Assembly (NCBI GenBank): GCA_001275005.1
Contig: JWZX01002730.1
Coordinates: 1 to 37,085 of the forward strand
DNA: 37,085 nt
DNA from: Chrysochromulina tobinii
Taxonomy: Eukaryota
Direction: 5' to 3'
Shown: positions 30,686 to 37,085 of the stretch, piece by piece
How positions within the stretch are numbered: the stretch's first letter is position 1
Layout: every line of letters begins with the position of its first letter
The notes under the pieces: generated by a model
What the model saw: only the letters and a program-made list of their open reading frames with translations
Told to the model about the DNA's origin: nothing
Databases searched by the model: none
Position numbers and translations under genes: made by a program

Positions 30686-31375
30686 TCAAGACGCCTTGAC
30701 GCGGCGCTCTCGGCCCTCGAAGACGGGTGCAGGGATGGCGAGCGTCTGCACCTGATCGCGCAGCTTGAACAGCTTCCGCTGGCCGTTTCGCCACTCCGAC
30801 GCCTTGCGCACCGTCACGTTGACGATGAGGGGTGAGTAGATCTGGAAAAGGTACTCGACCGGGCTGTTGTCAGGGTTGCAGAGCAGCCGGAACGATGAGC
30901 CCAGGCCTCGCCGGTGCATTCCGATCATGACGCCCACGATCGTATCGGCCGCGTCGGTCGCCGTCGCCTTGTGCTCAACCTGCAGGTAGTCGCCCGGCTT
31001 GAAGTTCCCCGCCCGCCACGGCTGTGCAGCCTGGAGCTTCTGCATCTCCATGCGCTCGAGCGCGCCGACGATGAAGCGGCCGCGTTTCGGCTCCGCCTTC
31101 TGCATGAGTCGGTCGCGATTGCGCATCGCTGCGGGGTCGCCCTCGCGCAGCTTGTAGTAGGCTCCTAGCCATGTGCTGGGCTGCCACATGTCGTGCTTCG
31201 GCGGCGGCGATGACCACTGCGGGTATACGCGATGCGCCTTCACGCGGGTCATGCCGCGTGCGAGCACTAATGGCGCCAACTGCGACGTCAATGGCGAGGT
31301 CGGCTGCGACGTCAAACGCGACGTCAATGGCGTCGCGGACGCGATCGAGAAGCTGCGTCGCAGCAGGAGCATCAT
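30686..31375 (-). CDS. MRPL19: Organellar (probably mitochondrial) ribosomal protein bL19
   Basis: NFKPGDYLQVEH...IVGVMIGMHRRGLGSSFRLL...VEYLFQIYSPLIVNVTV...RKLFKLRD is the L19 pattern. The R/S/T/L-rich, acid-free N-terminus MMLLLRRSFS... resembles a mitochondrial presequence. Confidence 0.88.
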   Translation of the reverse strand: MMLLLRRSFSIASATPLTSRLTSQPTSPLTSQLAPLVLARGMTRVKAHRVYPQWSSPPPKHDMWQPSTWLGAYYKLREGDPAAMRNRDRLMQKAEPKRGRFIVGALERMEMQKLQAAQPWRAGNFKPGDYLQVEHKATATDAADTIVGVMIGMHRRGLGSSFRLLCNPDNSPVEYLFQIYSPLIVNVTVRKASEWRNGQRKLFKLRDQVQTLAIPAPVFEGRERRVKAS

Positions 31376-31579
31376 GAAGCTCACGACCCGTGAATTTACG
31401 AGTGCTGTTAAAAAGTCCGCTCATGGTGGCCATTGGGGCGAAACCTGATCTCCAAAACTACTGAAGGGATTTGAACGAAACTCAAGCCAGAGGTGTCCCA
31501 CGCTCTCCCATTGAGTTCTAGCTCAAAACTTTCAGAATCGAACGTGGAAATCCTATACTCTAGTTCACAAACCAGTCCA

Positions 31580-31588
31580 AAACCCTAA
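31580..31588 (+). promoter_or_regulatory. Telobox-like motif AAACCCTAA ~200 bp upstream of the L19 gene
   Basis: Exact AAACCCTAA in the AT-rich upstream region; function inferred from plant telo-boxes only. Confidence 0.3.
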
Positions 31589-31657
31589 TTTCGCCTAAAA
31601 AAGCAAGCGCGGGAAGTGCCCCCTGAGACTCGAATCACACAAGCTAGAGCACGGCGC

Positions 31658-31752
31658 GACTTAAGCCGGCCGAGCAGCTCAAGTTGACTTAAGTCGACCT
31701 CATCTGGGCTTAAGGCACCGTGACTTAAGCCGCCTCCACGGTGACCTAAGCC
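31658..31752. repeat. Cluster of five (GA)CTTAAG(CC) palindromic motifs
   Basis: gacttaagcc 31658, gacttaagtc 31686, ggcttaaggc 31707, gacttaagcc 31722, gacctaagcc 31743. Confidence 0.8.
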
Positions 31753-32380
31753 AGCGCGGCCGCTCCGCTACGCATACACAATCCGACTCGTCGTGTCTAT
31801 TTTATCGAGATCTGGGCGCGCGACGGCCGTCTGCATGGCAGAACGCGAACGCTCAAACGACCGAAACGCCGAGACGGTGGAGTCTCGGATGCCAGTGAGG
31901 AGAAAAAGGTCAGTTCGGCGACTAAATCTGAGGCGTACAATGCCGTGTCCGAATTATCCGTTCTGAAAAGGCTAAAGGGCTGGGAATGCAGTGAAAATAC
32001 AGAATGATTCCAAAAATTAATTCCGAGACAGCAGTTTCTGTTTACGCTCCTGCGACTCATGCCTCATCTCGTCTCGGATTCTTATATCAGGTTCCCCGTG
32101 CGCTTAAGCTTCATCCAGCACCGGACTCCGGAGCCGCCCTTGGAGGGTCCTTCCAGCTTCCTTTTCGCCAACGTGATCCCCAAAACGCACACAGTACTGT
32201 AGTACGGCAACGGGTGTCCCACGCGGGTGAACGCGTCGATCGCAGTCGAGAGAACACTCACGTGCCTCTTGCCCTCTTCACGCCAGCTTCCCACTGAGCA
32301 CTGTTGTTGAGCTCTCGGTGGAACCATTCTGCGCCACTTGCGCGACATGGGACATGAGCGCAGGAGTGCATACAAGGTTA

Positions 32381-35091
32381 TCATGCCGCCCCAACCGCAT
32401 GCACAACTGTCGCGAGGACCTGCGCATGCTGCGGGTAATCCTGCGAGAGGCCCTCCACCACGCTTAGCAGTTTCGCGAGCGTATCCTCGGCCTCAGCGAT
32501 CCGCAACTTCAGCACCTCAGTTGGCAGTGCAGGAGGTGGGGCACCCTGAGCCACGCTCTGAAGCCGCAGTGCGAGCTTCGTCTGCGTGGACTGCTGTACG
32601 GTGCGGACCCTATCAACCCGCTGCTTGGCGCTGAGCGAGGCCCCCGCTGCCATCACGTCATCGCTGAGCTTGCGCAACTCATTGGCCCTGGCCTCGACTT
32701 CACCGCCCGTGACGGCCTGGGTGTCTTGCAGCTTGAGTACGTTGAGCTGGGTCAGGTTGGCGTCGTGAGTCGTGAGCTGCAGTTTCTTCGAGAGCTCGGC
32801 CACCTGCTTTGCGAGCACAGCTTGCGTGGGCGGTGCGTCCTTCTTACCCGAGAGCACCTTGCCCTTGGCCTCGATGTTATCCCGTTTGTAGATGGCACGC
32901 TCCATTTCACCGATCATCTGTTCCTGCCGCCGCTGCAACTGCGAATACCGCAACCGCATGCGATGGATTTCACGCTCCATCGCTCGCACCTCGGCGGCGC
33001 CCACCTCAGGATCGAGTGCTGCCTGCGTCTCGCGTTCGAGGGCGATCTTCTTTTCGATGAGCATGTGCTGCTTCTCCGCCTCGACGACGTCCAGGAGCAG
33101 TCCCTCCTTTTGCTCCTTGAGGGCCACTATTTGCTGCTCCATACCCACTGCCTCCGCCTCGAGCTCCTTGAGCCGAAAGACAAAGTCGTGCTCCATGATA
33201 AAGTTATCATCGGCGAGCGTCTGCTGTTTGTCGGCATGCTCCGCGATCAGCCCGTTGATCTTGGACAAGTCGTGGTGCAAGCCTGCGGTGCCACGTTCGA
33301 GCTCCTTCAGCGCATTGTTGGCACGCTCGTACTGCGCGTTGACGCGCGCCTGCTTTTGCGCGAGTATAGAGAGCTTCGCGCGGTGATCGTGGCACTTCTC
33401 GCCAACACTCTGGTTGCGGTTCTGTAAGGTCACCAGGTCGGTCTGCTGCGTAATCCACGCGCGCTGCAGTTCATTGCACTCAACTGTCTTCTGCCGAATC
33501 TCTTTTTTCAGATGCACGATTGTTGCCTCGAGCGGCCCAGCATCCTCATCGAGCTCGGCGACGCCCGCACGCTGTTTCATGAGCACGTCAAACTTCTTGT
33601 TGAGTAGGTCGAGGTCGTGCTGCTTCTTCTCGATTTCAACGGCGCGCCGCTTGGCCTCGAGCTCGTAACGCGCCACTAACGAGTCCTTCTCGGCCAGCTC
33701 CGCTGTGAGCGAAGTGTTATGCTGTTCGAGCTCCGATATATGGGAGCGCGTGTTCAAACTATCCACATGGATACGCGCGAGCTCATTGGACATCAGCGCC
33801 TGCTGCTGCTCCTTGTCTTCGCGCTGCGCCTTGAGTTTCTCGGTTGCCTGTATGGTGTTCTGCGTGCCCTTCTCTGTGGCCATCTGCTCGCCGAGCGTCG
33901 CGAAGATGGTATTCTCGATCGTTTTCGCTTCCATGAGGATCTTCTGCACCTGCGCCTCGAGCGCACCCACCTCGAGGCCGAGCGCGCCCTCAGTCTGGGT
34001 CACTTTCGCGAGCTCCGCGTCCGTCTGCTCCAGCGACCGGTTGAGCATCGCGAAGCGCTCGTGATGGCGCTCCTGCTTGTCTGTGCACGCTTGGATGTTA
34101 GCCTCAACGCCCCTTTTCTCGGCCTCGAGCTTCGACTCAGTCGAGATGAGCACCTCATTACGTTCCTCCTCCTGCTTGATTGCCTTCTTTACGCCGATCA
34201 ACTCTGCCTCGAGCGCCATCTCGTGCTCGCGCTGCTTGAGCAGCGCCTGCTCTGTCGCCTGCAGTGCCTCATCGCGCCTCTGCATGCCAATGAGCGCCGA
34301 TTTCCACTGCTGGAGCAGCTGCTTGCGCTCAAAGTTGATGGCCTCCATCTCAGTCGATGCCTTCTTGAGTGTCGCCGCCGCTGCCGCCGTCTCGCCACGC
34401 TGCGAAATAAGCTGAGCCTCATTGAGCGCGAGTTCCTCTTGAGCCCGCTTGAGCTTTTCGTTGAGGCCATCAATGAGCGAATCTTGCTGACGCTTGCTGC
34501 CCTCGAGCGAGTTGATCGATTCCTCAGCCTTGTAGGTCGCACGGCGCGTGACAGCAATCTCGCTCTTCATCTGTTCGTTGTACCCCTCCACCTGTCGCAG
34601 TGTCATGTTGAGCTGGTCGAGCTCCGACTGGTACCGGTCGTACTTACCGCGATACTCCTTGACCTCTCGCGCCTTCTCGGCGTATGTGGGCTTGATCGCG
34701 GACAGGTCGCCCTCAGCCTGCTCACGCAGCTGCAAGATGATCGAATGGTTTTCATGGACCTTATCTAGATTCATCTGCAGCTTCGCAAGTTGCTGTTGTA
34801 CTTGGTAGAGCTGTACTCCCACGTCCTCACGTTTGCGCTTCTGGCGCGCTAGTTCTTCTGTCTGCTCGGAGAGCTTGAGCGTCGTCAGATCATAGGCCCC
34901 TTTGAGCTGCTTTTGAAGCGCAAATTGCACGCGCTCCATGGCTGGCTGTGGAGGTAATGACAAGCCCGCAGAAAGCAGAGACCAATCATGTGAGATAGAC
35001 AGAGGAATTTCTGGAGGCGGCGAGGGGCGGTATGGCGGCGCACGTGGTCCGGGTCGAGCATGCCTCCCGCTTCGTGCACGTCGGTTGACAT
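32381..35091 (-). CDS. CCDC40: Coiled-coil domain-containing protein 40 (axonemal 96-nm ruler, FAP172); complement(join(32381..34945,35044..35091)), ~870 aa
   Basis: Long coiled coil with KREDVGVQLYQVQQQLAKLQ, MKSEIAVTRRATYKAE, LLQQWKSALIGMQRRDEAL, EKKIALERETQAALDPEVG and MEREIHRMRLRY. A 98-bp intron (CAC|GTGCGC..CACAG|CCA) restores LDPDH|PAMERVQFAL. Confidence 0.92.
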
Positions 35092-35140
35092 TGTTGGAAC
35101 GTTTGGAATTGCGGTTATGAATTCCGACTGTACAGTGTAA

Positions 35141-35164
35141 TCAAGTCAAGTCAAGTCAAGTCAA
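35141..35164. repeat. (TCAAG)n microsatellite
   Basis: tcaagtcaagtcaagtcaagtcaa. Confidence 0.9.
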
Positions 35165-35561
35165 ATGGCGGGTGCCAATCCGCCTCCTTTGGTGCCCATC
35201 GCTGGCGCGAGCGATCGGGAGGGCAGATCTCGGCGCAACCGGCACCATTGGATAGCCCCGAGTCGGGGCATCATCCACCCTCGAGAAAGCGAGAGTCAGA
35301 CAAAAAGTACATCAACGTCGCGCGACGGGCGACTCGACGGACGCGAGCTTGGACGGCCGCTGTTGCTCGTCCCGCCCAAGCTGATGCCCGGCCCCTGATG
35401 CCCTGCTCCGCGGCCCATCCGGATGATGTTGCGCCGATGGACTCGGCCTGCCTCATAATCTGCGCCAGTGTGACGCTGCACTTGGGGGGGGAGCGCTGCC
35501 ATGTGCGCTGCCATGTGAGAGAGGGTCGGACTTGAGACGATATTAACATTTTGATAAGATA

Positions 35562-36645
35562 TTCTTCCCCACCCCCGGTTTCGTCTGAATACCGGGAGGG
35601 AAGCCTCAGAGATTAACCGCCAGCGTGAAATTAGCGCGTGCGCGAGACGATAGGAATTTGCGGTGGCGCCCGATTTTCGACCTGTCCGTCCGTGTGTCCG
35701 TCCGTGTGCCAGTCTGTCGTCCCAAATTTGGGAGCACAAAAGCGGGCGCTTCAAGCCCTTTCGAACCGCGTCCCAAATTTCTCCACCGGCCGAAGAGGCT
35801 TCCATGTGACAGCGCCTCTGCTGGCGCTGCTACGCAGCAAATCGCGCCGCCGACGCGCGACCCGGCCGGCCGCGGGCCCACCGACGCCCGCCTGGACGCC
35901 CGCCATAGCCGGCACGCGCGCTCGCGCAGTCACCAAGGCCACCGCGCGGCCACCATCACTACTGAATCACTCCAGGCGGCTGGCAAGCTGCCGTGCGCCA
36001 CGACACTGTCGTCTCTCGACGCCGCCGTCGTCACGCGACGGCGGCGTCGAGTGACTTCTTTTGCGTTCCCTTCGGGGGGAGCGGGAGCGTCTCTACACCT
36101 CCGACTCCCTCTGCGACGACGGCGGTCCCGGCGCGAGTACGCAGACTGCACCTGCGGCTCCTACTGCGCGGACTGCGGCCCGCGCGTGCCGCGGCCGCCG
36201 CCCCCGATGGCGATCTGCACCAAGGACTGCATTGAAACGCCCTCGTACGCCTCGGACGGCGATTGCGACGGCGGCGGCCCTGGCGCAGAGTACCTGGGTT
36301 GACAGCCGCGGGCCGCAGTAGGTTCCCGCCCCTAGGCGCCCATCTGCGCCGAGACGTGCGAATGGCGCCGTCCGACGCCGATTGCGACGACGGCGGCCCC
36401 GGCTCGGAGTTCCAACAGGCTGATTGCCCCTACGGCTCCGACTGCACGGACTGCGGCCCGCGCATGCCGCGCTCGCCGGCCGCCGCCCCACCCCGGCGTC
36501 GCATTGCGCGCCGCCTTCCGGTAGGATGCTAGTTATTATTCGTTGTAAGTTATTATTTCGCGTCGCACCTTATATGAATGAACATGAATCGGAGAATCCG
36601 GGAGGGACTCGCCAGTGAGCAAGTATACTTACTACGCTCTGAGTT
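35562..36645 (+). mobile_element. Putative non-autonomous Helentron-like (DINE-1/HINE-type) element
   Basis: 5' hairpin cttccccacccccggt...accgggagggaag (35564-35603); GTCC/GTCT microsatellite (35683-35718); gaat(a)ccgggaggga repeated at 36594-36607; then palindrome aagtatactt (36621-36630) and end ...ctgagtt. Confidence 0.5.
36091..36490 (+). pseudogene. Frameshifted fragments of a Cys-rich repeat protein (CDDGGPGxExxxCxxGSDCxDCGPR, 3 copies)
   Basis: SDSLCDDGGPGA/EYADCTCGSYCADCGPR, YASDGDCDGGGPGAEYLG-stop and SDADCDDGGPGSEFQQADCPYGSDCTDCGPR occur in different frames, with a stop and no start context. Confidence 0.75.
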
Positions 36646-37085
36646 ATCAGTTAAACTCTTCATCGCTGCTCTCATCAGTGCTCTCGTCCGGTTATCGTCC
36701 GCTTATCGTCCGGTCAGGACGGCGGCAGCAGGGGCGGGGGCGGCTGTGGTGCGGCGGCGTGGCAGTGCACGTGGAGGCCACCGCTGCCACTGCCCGAGAC
36801 GGCGCGGTGTATGGGGCGGCGGTGACGGCCCCGACACGGCAACAGCGTGGCGGCGGTAGCAGCGGTGGCGGTGGCGGCTGTGGCGGCGGGGCGTAGGCGA
36901 GGTGGGAGGTGGTGGTCTGGGTGATCGAGCAAGTGTCAGTCAAGTGGGTAAGGCTCTCGCGGCGGGGTGGGACCGAGACAGCGAGGCGGCGTGCGTACCT
37001 TTGACAATGACCGATGAAGGTCGAACCGAGCAACCGGCGTTTTCTGCACTGTCGGCAGACGCTCCCGCTGGCGCCCCCCCCCCCC

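Noticed and set aside
31600..31645. tRNA-like TTCGAG loop on the minus strand
   Set aside because: No cloverleaf, acceptor stem or D-arm could be built
32004..32384. Short ORFs downstream of CCDC40
   Set aside because: No motif or clear coding bias; probably 3' UTR or intergenic
36692..37085. Possible spliced minus-strand gene end (AAG|GTACGC...CCCAG) at the window edge
   Set aside because: Frame is ambiguous, sequence is low complexity and is truncated by a poly-C run at the window end

Overview
GC-rich eukaryotic nuclear DNA with compact, intron-poor genes and short GT-AG introns. Gene content and motifs suggest a flagellated, plastid-bearing alga, probably a haptophyte (inference, no search run). 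Recognisable genes are a partial HYDIN, argininosuccinate lyase (2 exons), a tandem-domain SAM O-methyltransferase (2 exons), organellar ribosomal protein L19, CCDC40 (2 exons), an alpha/beta-hydrolase-fold protein, a PDZ protein and an ankyrin/DEK-C/SH3-like/FG-repeat protein, plus several hypotheticals. Main unusual items: (1) HYDIN similarity stops abruptly at ~5981, at a small hairpin, and the frame runs on into an unrelated ~1760-aa region with zinc-finger, Myb-like and possibly GIY-YIG-like modules. (2) A 1.5-kb TA-flanked element has 167-168-bp terminal inverted repeats built from ~25 copies of a TAACCCGGACTT core, next to a Tc1-like end. (3) A ~1.1-kb element has DINE-1/Helentron-like (HINE) architecture and carries decayed Cys-rich gene fragments. 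(4) A duplicated C-terminal 'VxSWYDxGxRL' motif sits on a probably non-catalytic hydrolase with a signal peptide. (5) ASL has a novel C-terminal extension. All domain calls come from visual motif recognition and need HMM or structure confirmation.
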